In this document: positions 1 through 9,337 of the stretch, piece by piece
How positions within the stretch are numbered: position 1 is the stretch's first letter
Layout of the letters: each line of letters begins with the position of its first letter
Source of the DNA: an uncultured Acidimicrobiales bacterium
GTDB lineage: Bacteria; Actinomycetota; Acidimicrobiia; Acidimicrobiales; SHLQ01
Assembly (NCBI GenBank): GCA_964494395.1
Contig: CAZBTI010000008.1
Coordinates: 1-52,279 of the forward strand
Reading direction: 5' to 3'
DNA length: 52,279 bases
Made by a program: the position numbers and the translations under genes
The notes under the pieces: model-generated
Database searches by the model: none
What the model saw: only the letters and a program-made list of their open reading frames with translations
What the model was told of the DNA's origin: nothing

Positions 1-27
1 CGCTCGGGACCAGTTCATTCGACTCTC

Positions 28-1050
28 CTACGCAGCAGCGGCAATGCCGCTGTCTTGATCGTTTCGTGTTGGCCGACCCGATGAACCACCCGGAGGAACC
101 ATCTCGCCAGCCACAGATCCATGTTCTCGACGGATCGCGAAGTACAGATCCTCGAGCGAAGGTTCGATTGGAACAACGCTGGTGATCGAGACCTTTCGTT
201 CGGCCAATTTCGCTACGAGGGTCGGCACGATGTCAAAATCTCGAATATCGAGCACTGCCGTATCGCCCGATCTCGTGAACGCACACACGCCAGGCTGCGT
301 CTCCAAGAAGTCCAGTGCCTGAGGAATCGTCGCCGATATGGATACCTTCTTGTCCGGCCAATAGGTCTTCGCGAGATCTGCTGGCCGGCCGGCCTCAAGG
401 CTCGTGCCGGTTTGCATGACAACAATCTCATCGGCCAAGCCCTCGGCTTCGAGCAGGAGGTGCGTGCACATCAGCACGGACTGTCCGTCGTTGGCCATCT
501 GCCCAATAAGATCGAGAACAGCGAGGGCCGACTCTGGGTCGAGCCCAGAAGTTGGTTCGTCGAGCAAGAGGAGGTCAGGTTCATGCAGAACAGCTCGAGC
601 GAGTGCAAGCCTCGTCTTCATGCCCGTCGAGTAGCCGCCCACGAGTTGGTCGAGTGCACCCTCGATCGCAAAAAGCGATGCTGCTTCCTCCATTCGCGAG
701 TTGGTCTCCTTCCCTTTCGGGAGGTTGTACAACTCTGCGGCATAGAGCAGATTGTCGCGTCCGGATAGCCGTTCATAGAGAGAAGGCTTTGCCGAGACGA
801 CACCGCAACGCTGGCGGACATCATTGCCGTCGGGGCCCGCAGGGTTCATCCCGAAAGTCCTCGCCGTTCCAGTATCAGGAGCGAGAGCGCCGGTGATCAT
901 GCGAATTGCGGTGGTCTTACCCGCACCATTCGGTCCAAGAAGAACCGTTACTTGGCCCTCAGCAACGGAAAGGTTCAGATTCTCTAGGGCCGTGACGTCT
1001 CCAAAGGATCGGGTGACGTTATCGATGTCGACGATCAGCGGTGACTCCAT
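28..1050 (-). CDS. ABC transporter ATP-binding protein
   Basis: 340-aa ORF with Walker A GPNGAGKTT, ABC signature YSTGMKTRLALA and Walker B LLLLDEPTSGLD. Confidence 0.9.
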   Translation of the reverse strand: MESPLIVDIDNVTRSFGDVTALENLNLSVAEGQVTVLLGPNGAGKTTAIRMITGALAPDTGTARTFGMNPAGPDGNDVRQRCGVVSAKPSLYERLSGRDNLLYAAELYNLPKGKETNSRMEEAASLFAIEGALDQLVGGYSTGMKTRLALARAVLHEPDLLLLDEPTSGLDPESALAVLDLIGQMANDGQSVLMCTHLLLEAEGLADEIVVMQTGTSLEAGRPADLAKTYWPDKKVSISATIPQALDFLETQPGVCAFTRSGDTAVLDIRDFDIVPTLVAKLAERKVSITSVVPIEPSLEDLYFAIRREHGSVAGEMVPPGGSSGRPTRNDQDSGIAAAA

Positions 1051-1115
1051 CTAAAGCCATCGGCAAGATTCCCGTTGAACCAACGGTCGAAACTAGGCAC
1101 ATCGGCCCAACAGGG

Positions 1116-1985
1116 TTAGTAGCCGAGACGCTCGAGAAGACTGACTTCGGTCTGCCAGTTCTTCGCTACCTTGACCTGTAGATCGAGGTATGTGCCCTCT
1201 CGAAGCTGCTCGCGAGCACCGATTCCGACCTTCTTGATGACCGCACCCTTCTTTCCGATAACAATGCCCTTCTGGGAGTCGCGCTCGACAAGAATCTCGC
1301 AGCGAACATGCGGCCACTCCATCTCGGTGACACGAGTGGCGATGGAATGTGGGATCTCGTCGCGCAGCACTTTTAGCAACTGCTCGCGAACGAGTTCGGC
1401 GACCCAAAAGGCATCAGCGGCATCACTCACCATGTCCTCGGGATAGTACGGAGGCCCAGGAGGCATTCGAGATGAGAGGTGTTGAACCAACGCTTCGACG
1501 CCGTCGCCAGTGACTGCAGAAACCGGGTAGTACGAATCGAGGTCAAAGCCGCCCGCAGTTCCGAGCTGGCTAAGGATCTCTTCTGGGCTTGCCTTGTCCG
1601 TCTTGTTCACAACCAAGATCGAATCCTTTGGGCACCGTTCGATGACCCACTTGTCGCCGGGTCCGATCGGCATTGTTGCGTCGACCAGAACGCAGACAGC
1701 ATCGACGTCGCCAATAGTCGACTCGGCCGACTCGTTCAGGCGCTTGCCGAGCGGGCCACGAGGCTTGTGAATCCCTGGCGTATCCATGAAGACGAGTTGC
1801 AGGTTCTCTCGGTGAAGAACACCGCGTACCTGGCTTCGCGTCGTCTGAGGCTTGTCGGAAACAATCGACACCTTCTCCCCCAGGATCTTGTTGAGCAAGG
1901 TCGACTTCCCAACATTTGGACGGCCGACCAGCGTGACGAAACCAGACCGGAAGACCGGTTCATCGTTCGTTGCCTCAGTACTCAA
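1116..1985 (-). CDS. era: GTPase Era
   Basis: 289 aa. G1 motif GRPNVGKSTLLN, G3 DTPG, NKTD, C-terminal KH-like region. 4-nt overlap with the upstream CNNM gene. Confidence 0.95.
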   Translation of the reverse strand: MSTEATNDEPVFRSGFVTLVGRPNVGKSTLLNKILGEKVSIVSDKPQTTRSQVRGVLHRENLQLVFMDTPGIHKPRGPLGKRLNESAESTIGDVDAVCVLVDATMPIGPGDKWVIERCPKDSILVVNKTDKASPEEILSQLGTAGGFDLDSYYPVSAVTGDGVEALVQHLSSRMPPGPPYYPEDMVSDAADAFWVAELVREQLLKVLRDEIPHSIATRVTEMEWPHVRCEILVERDSQKGIVIGKKGAVIKKVGIGAREQLREGTYLDLQVKVAKNWQTEVSLLERLGY

Positions 1986-3274
1986 GATGCATGCTCCGAT
2001 TCTTGGACGTTTGGCGAGCCGGGAAGCGTGGGGAGCTTCACGGCAACGACATGAGTGATCCGGCGACCCTCAACAGTTTCGACCGTAAGTTCGAAGCCGG
2101 AGTTCTTCACCGACTCACCCACGGTTGCGACATGGCCGAGACCGTTGAAGATCAGACCGCCGACGGTGTCCCACTCGTCGTCGGGCAACTCCGCGCCAAC
2201 CATCTCGTTGAATTCATCGATGGTCATTCGACCGTGCACCCGCCACTGATCGCCAGCGAGCTTTTCCACGAGCGGTTCTTCGACCGCGTCGAACTCATCG
2301 ACAATCTCACCGATGAACTCCTCGATGAGGTCCTCCATGGTGACGATCCCGGCCATCGATCCATATTCATCGATCACCACGACCAGCGTTGTTGGCAGGC
2401 CTTTCAGCTCTCGGAGCAGCTCGGCGGCGCGCTTGGTCTCGGGCACAAACATTGGTTCGCGCTGGGCGATCGAAACGAAATGGTCGCCACGACCCCGTTG
2501 CAAGCGTGCGAAGAGATCTTTGATGTGCACCACACCAACGACGTCATCGACATCGTCTCCGTAGATCGGCATGCGAGAGTGCCCGCGCTCCACCATCTTC
2601 GTGATCGCGTCAGAGATCGTCATCTCGGTGGAGGCCGAAAGCACGTCGGGACGAGGCACCATGATTTCTCGAACGATGGTGTCGCCGAACTCGAGAATTT
2701 CCTGGATGATCCGACCCTCGTCCTTCTCGAGCACCTGCTCAGCTACTGCAGCATCGGTGATCGCCACGATCTGCTCTTCTGAAGAGACCTCGGTGAGACT
2801 GCCAGACGTGTTGCGAAGAATTACCCTGCTGACGCCGCCCAAACCGGTGAGAACCCAGCGGAGGGGGGCAAAGGCCATCAGACCTCGGCTCAGCGTGGCG
2901 GCTCGAGGCGCTGCGCGGTCGATGTTGCGCTGCGCCCAAGCCTTTGGGACCGACTCGGTGACGATCAGCATCATGCCCAAGAGCACGAGAAGTGCAACCG
3001 GGATCCAGCCGATCCCAAAACGGTCGGAGACAACGACCGCAACAATCGCACCCAACGCCAGCTGGGATGCGAGCGAGAACGCCAGAATGGGTGAGAGCAG
3101 ACGCCGGCGATCCGAAAGCCCCTCCACCAATTGTGCTGCGCCCGGGACATCATCTTCCTCGAGCGCTTCAGCGCGAGAACGACTGATTCCATTCAAGGCG
3201 CTCTCGGCGATTGCCAGGCCGATGAGAACCAGGATCAGCACGAGGCCAATCAGGATAGAAACCACATCGCTCAT
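1982..3274 (-). CDS. Hemolysin-family / CNNM (CorC-type) membrane protein: DUF21 TM domain, CBS pair, CorC_HlyC domain
   Basis: 430 aa with N-terminal TM helices, a CBS-pair region (..IMVPRPDV.., ..VIDEYGSMAGIVTMEDLIEEFIGEI..) and a C-terminal transporter-associated domain. Conserved position between ybeY and era. Confidence 0.9.
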   Translation of the reverse strand: MSDVVSILIGLVLILVLIGLAIAESALNGISRSRAEALEEDDVPGAAQLVEGLSDRRRLLSPILAFSLASQLALGAIVAVVVSDRFGIGWIPVALLVLLGMMLIVTESVPKAWAQRNIDRAAPRAATLSRGLMAFAPLRWVLTGLGGVSRVILRNTSGSLTEVSSEEQIVAITDAAVAEQVLEKDEGRIIQEILEFGDTIVREIMVPRPDVLSASTEMTISDAITKMVERGHSRMPIYGDDVDDVVGVVHIKDLFARLQRGRGDHFVSIAQREPMFVPETKRAAELLRELKGLPTTLVVVIDEYGSMAGIVTMEDLIEEFIGEIVDEFDAVEEPLVEKLAGDQWRVHGRMTIDEFNEMVGAELPDDEWDTVGGLIFNGLGHVATVGESVKNSGFELTVETVEGRRITHVVAVKLPTLPGSPNVQESEHAS

Positions 3275-3798
3275 GAGTGATGCCCATCGGTCGTCAGCAC
3301 CGAACTGGTAGGAGGCGGGACAGCAAACTGTGTCGACTCAGATTCATGTGTTCGCCACGCCGAGAGGTGTCGCGTCTCGGCAGCCTTCATCTCGGCTGCT
3401 TCATCGGGCTCCATGTGGTCCATCCCCAAAATGTGCAGCACACCGTGGACGACCATGAGTGCCATCTCGTCGTCGGGTTCGCCAGGCGCCTGCTTCACCA
3501 CGATGTCAGGGCAGATCAGAACATCGCCCAACAACCGAGGTTGGCCTGCAAAGTTCGAGTCCGGCGTGTCATCGAGGGGAAATGACAGTACGTCGGTCGG
3601 CCCGTCTTTACCCATGTGCTCTCCGTTGAGCGAAGTCATTTCTTCGGTGTCGATGAACGTAAGGTTGAGTTCGCAATCGGGCCCCAGACCTTCAGCAACG
3701 AGGACTGAGCAAGCAAGATCGGCCCACCGTTCAAGGGAAATGGCTCGCTCTGACTGTTCGTCGAGAGCGAACACCTGGGGTGCCGAGGGAGTGGTCAC
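3271..3798 (-). CDS. ybeY: rRNA maturation endoribonuclease YbeY
   Basis: Zinc motif HGVLHILGMDH. The ORF is open back to 4071, but the homologous part starts at the GTG (VTTPSAPQVF) 14 nt after the phoH stop. The upstream extension overlaps phoH. Confidence 0.88.
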   Translation of the reverse strand: MTTPSAPQVFALDEQSERAISLERWADLACSVLVAEGLGPDCELNLTFIDTEEMTSLNGEHMGKDGPTDVLSFPLDDTPDSNFAGQPRLLGDVLICPDIVVKQAPGEPDDEMALMVVHGVLHILGMDHMEPDEAAEMKAAETRHLSAWRTHESESTQFAVPPPTSSVLTTDGHHS

Positions 3799-3811
3799 CA
3801 ACCCACCTCGA

Positions 3812-4852
3812 TCACGGTTTTGAGTCCCGAGAATCACCAGGCTTCGAGCTGCCCGGTCGACCGCGCAACTTGTCCATGCTGTCGCCGTCTTGCTCGTAGG
3901 CATCAACGATTGCTTGAACAATGGAATGTCGCACGACATCTTTACTACCAAGCCGGACGAAGGCGAGGCCATCGATTCCGCCAAGAATTCGCTCGAGGCC
4001 ACCGAGCCCTGTTCGCCCGCCCTGAACGTCGACCTGGGAAATATCGCCCGTGACCACCGCCCTCGACCCAAAGCCGATTCGGGTCAGGAACATCTTCATC
4101 TGCTCGGGAGTGGTGTTCTGTGCTTCGTCGAGGATGATGAAACTACTGTTGAGGGTTCGGCCACGCATGAACGCGAGCGGAGCAACCTCGACCGTGCCCT
4201 TCTCCATGAGCCGGGTCACGCCTTCGCTATCGGTCATGTCGTACAGCGCGTCGTAAAGCGGGCGCAGATACGGGTCGACCTTCTGCATCAAGTCACCTGG
4301 CAGGAACCCAAGGCGCTCCCCCGCCTCTACGGCTGGCCGGGTGAGGATGATCCGCTCAACTTGACCGGCCTGCAACGCCTGCAGTGCCATTGCGACAGCG
4401 AGCCAACTCTTTCCGGTACCCGCCGGGCCGATACCGAAGGTAATGACGTTGTTCGCTATTGCTTCGAGATAGCGCTGCTGACCAGCGGACTTCGGCCGGA
4501 TCGTCCGGCCGCTCGCCGTCCGAAAGACATTCGAATTGAAGACCTCGCTCGGTCGTTCGTTCGCCTCCACGAGGTCGACCGTCCGTTCAACGATGCGCTT
4601 GTCGAGGCGCTGGCCAGTCTCGAGCATGATCACAAGCTCTTCGACGACCTTGCCAGCTTCGGCGGCTCGGGCTCCATCGATCGATACCTGATTTCCTCGA
4701 ACGTGAAGCGAAGTTGCAGGAAAGCGGTCTTCAATCACCCGTAGGTATTCGTCGCGCTCTCCGAGTAGGCCCGCCATGAGGTGGTTTCCGGCGACATGGA
4801 TAGTGACGGATTGATCTGTCAAAAGGTGCTCGAATACAAGGTGATCGGACAC
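3812..4852 (-). CDS. phoH: PhoH-family ATPase
   Basis: 346 aa, Walker A GPAGTGKSWLAVA, ..IILDEAQN.., GTG start. Confidence 0.92.
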   Translation of the reverse strand: MSDHLVFEHLLTDQSVTIHVAGNHLMAGLLGERDEYLRVIEDRFPATSLHVRGNQVSIDGARAAEAGKVVEELVIMLETGQRLDKRIVERTVDLVEANERPSEVFNSNVFRTASGRTIRPKSAGQQRYLEAIANNVITFGIGPAGTGKSWLAVAMALQALQAGQVERIILTRPAVEAGERLGFLPGDLMQKVDPYLRPLYDALYDMTDSEGVTRLMEKGTVEVAPLAFMRGRTLNSSFIILDEAQNTTPEQMKMFLTRIGFGSRAVVTGDISQVDVQGGRTGLGGLERILGGIDGLAFVRLGSKDVVRHSIVQAIVDAYEQDGDSMDKLRGRPGSSKPGDSRDSKP

Positions 4853-5007
4853 GGTTTCCTCGATGCGGAAACGGTGCGGTTCTTAGGTGTGAGCGTATCA
4901 CTGCCACCAGAAACCCCCATTTCGGAGCAGTTTCTGCCCGTCGGGTCTACGTGGTTTAGGTCTATCGGCCCGTTGCCTTTCCGGCGTCTAGGCCAAGTCT
5001 CTTCAAC

Positions 5008-5631
5008 GTGGGCGCCGCGGCCTATTTCGACCCCTGTTCTGGCAATCCATTATCGAAGTGGAAGCCAACCGAACGGACCCCAGTGCCCGCAACCCCATCA
5101 TCTTTCGATCGCGAACTTCAGGCTCTTGCTGACGAAGAGCGCCGTGCCAGTAAAGCACGTGCACGCCTCCAGCGCGCCGATCGGAAAATCATGGACGGCT
5201 TGAGCGGATCATTCGTTGGCACCCTGATCGAAATCGCAGAAACTCACGCACCTGTCACAGTGTTGACAAGGACCGAGGCTGCCGTGCGCGGCACCATCGC
5301 AACCGTTGGAACCAACGTCGTTGCCATACGCACTGCTGGCTCATCGTCTGAGGTTCTCATTCGCATCGGAGCGATCGAAGGCCTGTTGGAATCGGGAAGC
5401 GGACACAACCGCAGCAACAGCACAACCAGCACCGGTCCGACCTTTGCTGAACTACTCGATCGCTACAGCGAGACGAACGAACGAATCGCTGCCACGACGA
5501 CAAGTGGAAACACCGTTATGGGCACCGTCCAGCGCGTAGGCGAGGACCAAGTTGTCCTCGCACTAGACGGCAGCGGAGACACCCTAACCGTCCCCACCTC
5601 AGCAATCGACCAGGTGGTGACCAGCCGATGA
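5008..5631 (+). CDS. Hypothetical protein with an internal duplication of a roughly 45-aa beta-rich segment
   Basis: 207-aa ORF with gene-like codon usage. Short basic coiled segment (ELQALADEERRASKARARLQ), then two similar segments: VRGTIATVGTNVVAIRT..VLIRIGAIEGL and VMGTVQRVGEDQVVLALD..LTVPTSAIDQV. No family recognised; start uncertain. Confidence 0.5.
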   Translation: MGAAAYFDPCSGNPLSKWKPTERTPVPATPSSFDRELQALADEERRASKARARLQRADRKIMDGLSGSFVGTLIEIAETHAPVTVLTRTEAAVRGTIATVGTNVVAIRTAGSSSEVLIRIGAIEGLLESGSGHNRSNSTTSTGPTFAELLDRYSETNERIAATTTSGNTVMGTVQRVGEDQVVLALDGSGDTLTVPTSAIDQVVTSR

Positions 5632-5681
5632 CCGCAATGCACTCACCTCACACAGTGCAACAACCTCACACAGTGCAACGG

Positions 5682-5918
5682 CTATTCGGTGGCGACAGCC
5701 TCTGGGTACAGATGCTCCAACTCGCCTGGCGTGATCTGACTCTTGGAAACAAACGAGTCGATCTCGCCCTGCTTGAGGCGAATAACTCGACCAAACCGAT
5801 ACGCGGGCAACTGACCTTCGTCGATGAGCCGGTAGAGCGTGCGGGGCGTGAGTCCCAGCGCGGAGGCCGCTTCTTTAGTGGACAACCAATCGCCGTCTGC
5901 AGATGTCATAGACAGCAA
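5682..5918 (-). CDS. Small helix-turn-helix DNA-binding protein (excisionase/MerR-like HTH_17 type)
   Basis: 78 aa. WLSTKEAASALGLTPRTLYRLIDEGQLPAYRFGRVIRLKQGEIDSFV is a typical excisionase-family HTH. Divergent from the tad operon, with 56 bp between the starts. Confidence 0.75.
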   Translation of the reverse strand: MLSMTSADGDWLSTKEAASALGLTPRTLYRLIDEGQLPAYRFGRVIRLKQGEIDSFVSKSQITPGELEHLYPEAVATE

Positions 5919-5974
5919 TATAACACTCTTTCAATGCTTTTGACCACATTTCGTCTATCTTCAGGAGGTCGGTC

Positions 5975-6649
5975 GTGACCGATGTTCAGCAGCCCGTGCT
6001 TCGTGTAAAGAAGCGACTTCCCAGTGGCCGCGCCGTGCTCGGCGGTCTCTTGGTCTCGCTCTCGGTCGTTGCCCTCCTCGTTGCATCGAGCGTTGGCGAA
6101 GACTCAACGTTCCAAGATGTCGTCGTGGCGAGCCAAGACCTCGCCCCTGGAACCGTCATTGAACCAAGTCATGTCGAACAGGCAAGAATCCGACTGAGCG
6201 AAGATGCAAACTTCGTCATTTCAAGCCCCGAAGCCGTCATTGGCTCGGTAGTCCTTGGACCGGTTGGCCAGTCGGAGTTCCTACAGACATCGAACATCGC
6301 TGCGAGCGGCCCAGACACGCTCCCCTCTGGACTCGCTGAAGTCTCGATCGAGATCGAAGCCAACCGAGCACCGGCAAACATTGCTTCGGGCGAACTCGTT
6401 TCGCTGCTCGCTACCTACGAAGATGGGAACGGCCCACGGACAGCGCTCATTGCTGATCGAGTTGTCGTTCTCTCCTACGACAACGGCAGCGGCGACGACT
6501 TCTCCACCGGCGACACCGTCCTACGTCTCGGCGTAAGTAGTGGTGACATCGCCAGCTCCATCGTCACCGCAGCCATTACTGGCGACATCTCCGTCCTCGG
6601 CGTCACCGGCGCAAACGACGTTCGTATCCCAAGCGAGATCGTCGGATGA
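5975..6649 (+). CDS. cpaB: CpaB/RcpC-like Flp pilus assembly protein (N-terminal TM anchor plus SAF domain)
   Basis: 224 aa. TM segment LGGLLVSLSVVALLVA, then a SAF-like FQDVVVASQDLAPGTVIEPSHV...VIGSVVLGPVGQSEFL. AGGAGG RBS 6 nt before the GTG. ATGA overlap with the next gene. Confidence 0.72.
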   Translation: MTDVQQPVLRVKKRLPSGRAVLGGLLVSLSVVALLVASSVGEDSTFQDVVVASQDLAPGTVIEPSHVEQARIRLSEDANFVISSPEAVIGSVVLGPVGQSEFLQTSNIAASGPDTLPSGLAEVSIEIEANRAPANIASGELVSLLATYEDGNGPRTALIADRVVVLSYDNGSGDDFSTGDTVLRLGVSSGDIASSIVTAAITGDISVLGVTGANDVRIPSEIVG

Positions 6650-7962
6650 AGGACCGTTTCGTAGTCCTCGGAGTCGCCCCGGTACGCCGGGAGTGGTTCG
6701 GTCTCGTCAGCAAGTGGGCCAATGAAGCCGCGCTGCCGATCGAATTCATCAAGTGCATCTCCTCCAACGAGGTCATTTCGAGGCTCGAGTCCGGGCGTCC
6801 TTTCTCTGCAGTCCTTATCGATGCTTCGGCCAACGGCGTTGACCGAGACCTCATCGACCTCGCCCTCTCGGTGGGAGCGAGCCCGATCATCATCGATCAC
6901 GGCCTCGTCGACCGCGACTGGGAAGAACTCGGCGCAACAGCCGTCCTTGCTGAGCACTTCGATCGCGGAGACCTCTCCGCAGTGCTCGAAGACTTCGCCG
7001 CTCCGATCGGACAGGGCGAACAGGCCCCCATGCCGTCGAAGAGCCAGAAGGTCGAGCATTCGAACCTCGGCAAGGTCGTCACCGTGACTGGCGCCGGAGG
7101 CGTTGGCACATCAATCGTGGCTATGGCGTTGGCTCAGGGCCTCGCAGAGAACCACAAGAGACAACCCGTTGCGCTGACCGACATGGCCTTACGGTCCAAC
7201 CAAGCCATGTTGCACGACACCCGCGATGTGGTTCCTGGACTCCTGGAGTTCGTAGAGAGCCACCGCCTTGGCGTACCAAACGAGGCCGAAGCTCTCGGCT
7301 CGATCCACTCCTTTCCCGAGCGCGGATACGACCTGCTCCTTGGCCTGCGCCATGAGCGTGATTGGTCGTCGATACCCGCACGGGCGCTCTCGGCTGCTTG
7401 GACCACGCTGATGAACCGCTACCAAACGACCGTTTGCGATGTCACCGGTGACTTCGACGGCATCGACGAAACCGGCTCAGCCGACCTCGAAGACCGCAAT
7501 CGTCTCTCTCGAATGGCTACACGCCAAGGTGACCTCGTGCTCGTCGTCGGACGCGACGGTGCGTGGGGAATTCACCACCTCATCCGCACCATCCTTTCGC
7601 TAACCGATATCGGCATCGAATCCTCTCGCATCATCCCGGTGATCAACCACGCACCACGAAACCCCCGGGCCAAGGCCGAGATCACCTCGGCGGTAAACGA
7701 GCTGCTCAGTGCTCGCATGTCGACCGCAGACTCAGTCGCACCGGTGGTCTTCATCCCCTACAAGAAGACGCTGGAAGCGACCCTCAGTACTGGTGAACCC
7801 CTTCCGAGTGCAATCACATCGCCACTCGCCTCGTCGGTGCGAGCGCTACTCAACATTGTTGAGCCTCAAGAAGAACTCGTTCTTCCAGAAGACATTGACG
7901 AGCTGGAACCCGTAGCAGTGACTCCAGGGTCGCTCGGAAGCTGGAGTGACATCGATGACTGA
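6646..7962 (+). CDS. CpaE/TadZ-like (actinobacterial Ssd-type) ParA/MinD-family protein with N-terminal pseudo-receiver domain
   Basis: 438 aa. P-loop position reads VTVTGAGGVGTSIVAMALA, a lysine-less deviant Walker A as in the actinobacterial CpaE-like family. Sits immediately upstream of the TadA ATPase. Confidence 0.8.
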   Translation: MKDRFVVLGVAPVRREWFGLVSKWANEAALPIEFIKCISSNEVISRLESGRPFSAVLIDASANGVDRDLIDLALSVGASPIIIDHGLVDRDWEELGATAVLAEHFDRGDLSAVLEDFAAPIGQGEQAPMPSKSQKVEHSNLGKVVTVTGAGGVGTSIVAMALAQGLAENHKRQPVALTDMALRSNQAMLHDTRDVVPGLLEFVESHRLGVPNEAEALGSIHSFPERGYDLLLGLRHERDWSSIPARALSAAWTTLMNRYQTTVCDVTGDFDGIDETGSADLEDRNRLSRMATRQGDLVLVVGRDGAWGIHHLIRTILSLTDIGIESSRIIPVINHAPRNPRAKAEITSAVNELLSARMSTADSVAPVVFIPYKKTLEATLSTGEPLPSAITSPLASSVRALLNIVEPQEELVLPEDIDELEPVAVTPGSLGSWSDIDD

Positions 7963-9337
7963 TATGGCCGAACGCATCACGACCGACGAGTCTCCACTGA
8001 TCGAACTTGAGCAGATGACCCTCGAAGTCGCAAACGATCGCAACATCTCGCCCAACTCCGAGACGGGTAAAGAGCAGCTCCGCTCGATCACCGCAGAGCT
8101 CGTCGAGCAATGGCGTGCCGATTTCCGGCGCGGGATTCGCAACGTCGATCTGACCGAACCAGAGGTCATCATCGAGCGAGCGATCCGGAACCTCACCGGC
8201 TATGGCCCACTCGAATCACTGATCGACGACGACGATGTTTGGGAGATTATGCTGAACGCTCCCGATCAAATTTTCGTCAAGCGCCACATCGGCCCGAGCG
8301 GATATCACAACGAGTCGTTCCACGATGACGATCACGTGCTCCGGACGATGACCCGCATCGTCGATCGTTCGAGCGGCGCCCACCGCGCACTCGACCCAAC
8401 CGCTGGCCTCCAAGACGCTCAACTCGACGATGGAGCTCGCCTCCACATCGTCCACGGAGATATTGCTCGCGGTGGCCACATGATGGTCAACATTCGTAAG
8501 TTCACCGGCATGGCCTTCCGCTCGCTCGACGAGTTGGTCTCCTCCGACACCATCACCACCGAGGCCGCTGCACTGCTCCGAGCATGTGTTGGCGCCAACC
8601 TCTCGATGGTGTTCGCCGGTGTTCCCGGCGCTGGCAAGACAACGCTGCTCTCCTGCTGCGCTGCTGAACTCGACCCTACGCTTCGTGTCGTCGTTGCTGA
8701 GGAAGTCTTCGAGGCCGACGTACCGCTCCCCAACGTTGCGAGCATGCAAACCCGTGGCGGGCGCCCCGATCGTCCAGGTGTCGACCTTCGGACCCTCGTC
8801 GGCGGCTTCCTCCGTATGGCTCCAGACGTCGCCATCGTGGGCGAGGTTCGTGACCGTGAAGCCCTCCCACTCATGATGACCCTCTCGTCGGGCGTCACCG
8901 GCTTTACGACCATCCACGCCGGATCTGCCCGCCAAGCACTGACTCGCCTCCGTTTCGTCTGCCAGCTCGCAGAGACCTCGAGCGATATCCCCATGTCGGC
9001 GCTCAACGACCTCGTTAGCCAAGCAATCGACGTGGTCGTCCACACCGTTCGCACTCCTGAGGGCCCTCGAGTCAATCAGATCGCCTTCGTCGAAGACCTC
9101 AGCTCAGCGGCTGACGGCACGGCCTTCACCATGACCGAAGTCTTCAAGCGCAACCCACACACGGGAACCCTCGACTGGACTGGCCACATGCCAGTCCGAG
9201 CAGCCGAAGAAATGGCAAACGCCGGAATCGATATCCGGTCGGTGCTCCCCAACGAGGCCAAGACCGCTCCAAACAAATCGAGCAAAAAGACAAAGACCTC
9301 CCGTACGTCGGCTCCGAAGCCGGAGAGCAACCCATGA
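7946..9337 (+). CDS. tadA: Tad/Flp pilus secretion ATPase (CpaF/TadA, T2SSE family)
   Basis: 463 aa. Walker A GVPGAGKTTLLS, ..VVAEEVFE.., ..IVGEVRDREA... Alternative ATG starts at 7955 and 7964. Confidence 0.92.
   Translation: MTSMTDMAERITTDESPLIELEQMTLEVANDRNISPNSETGKEQLRSITAELVEQWRADFRRGIRNVDLTEPEVIIERAIRNLTGYGPLESLIDDDDVWEIMLNAPDQIFVKRHIGPSGYHNESFHDDDHVLRTMTRIVDRSSGAHRALDPTAGLQDAQLDDGARLHIVHGDIARGGHMMVNIRKFTGMAFRSLDELVSSDTITTEAAALLRACVGANLSMVFAGVPGAGKTTLLSCCAAELDPTLRVVVAEEVFEADVPLPNVASMQTRGGRPDRPGVDLRTLVGGFLRMAPDVAIVGEVRDREALPLMMTLSSGVTGFTTIHAGSARQALTRLRFVCQLAETSSDIPMSALNDLVSQAIDVVVHTVRTPEGPRVNQIAFVEDLSSAADGTAFTMTEVFKRNPHTGTLDWTGHMPVRAAEEMANAGIDIRSVLPNEAKTAPNKSSKKTKTSRTSAPKPESNP

Noticed and set aside
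3799-4071. Long N-terminal extensions in the ORF track for ybeY (to 4071), hrcA (to 17458), rpsT (from 19838), comEC (to 26102), thioredoxin/YbbN (to 27554), APH kinase (from 27250), rsfS (to 32502), the Toprim protein (to 37741), tadC (from 10149), tadE2 (from 11687) and obg (to 51816).
   Set aside because: The extensions overlap neighbouring genes and lack homology. Internal starts coincide with canonical family N-termini or with ATGA/short-overlap coupling.
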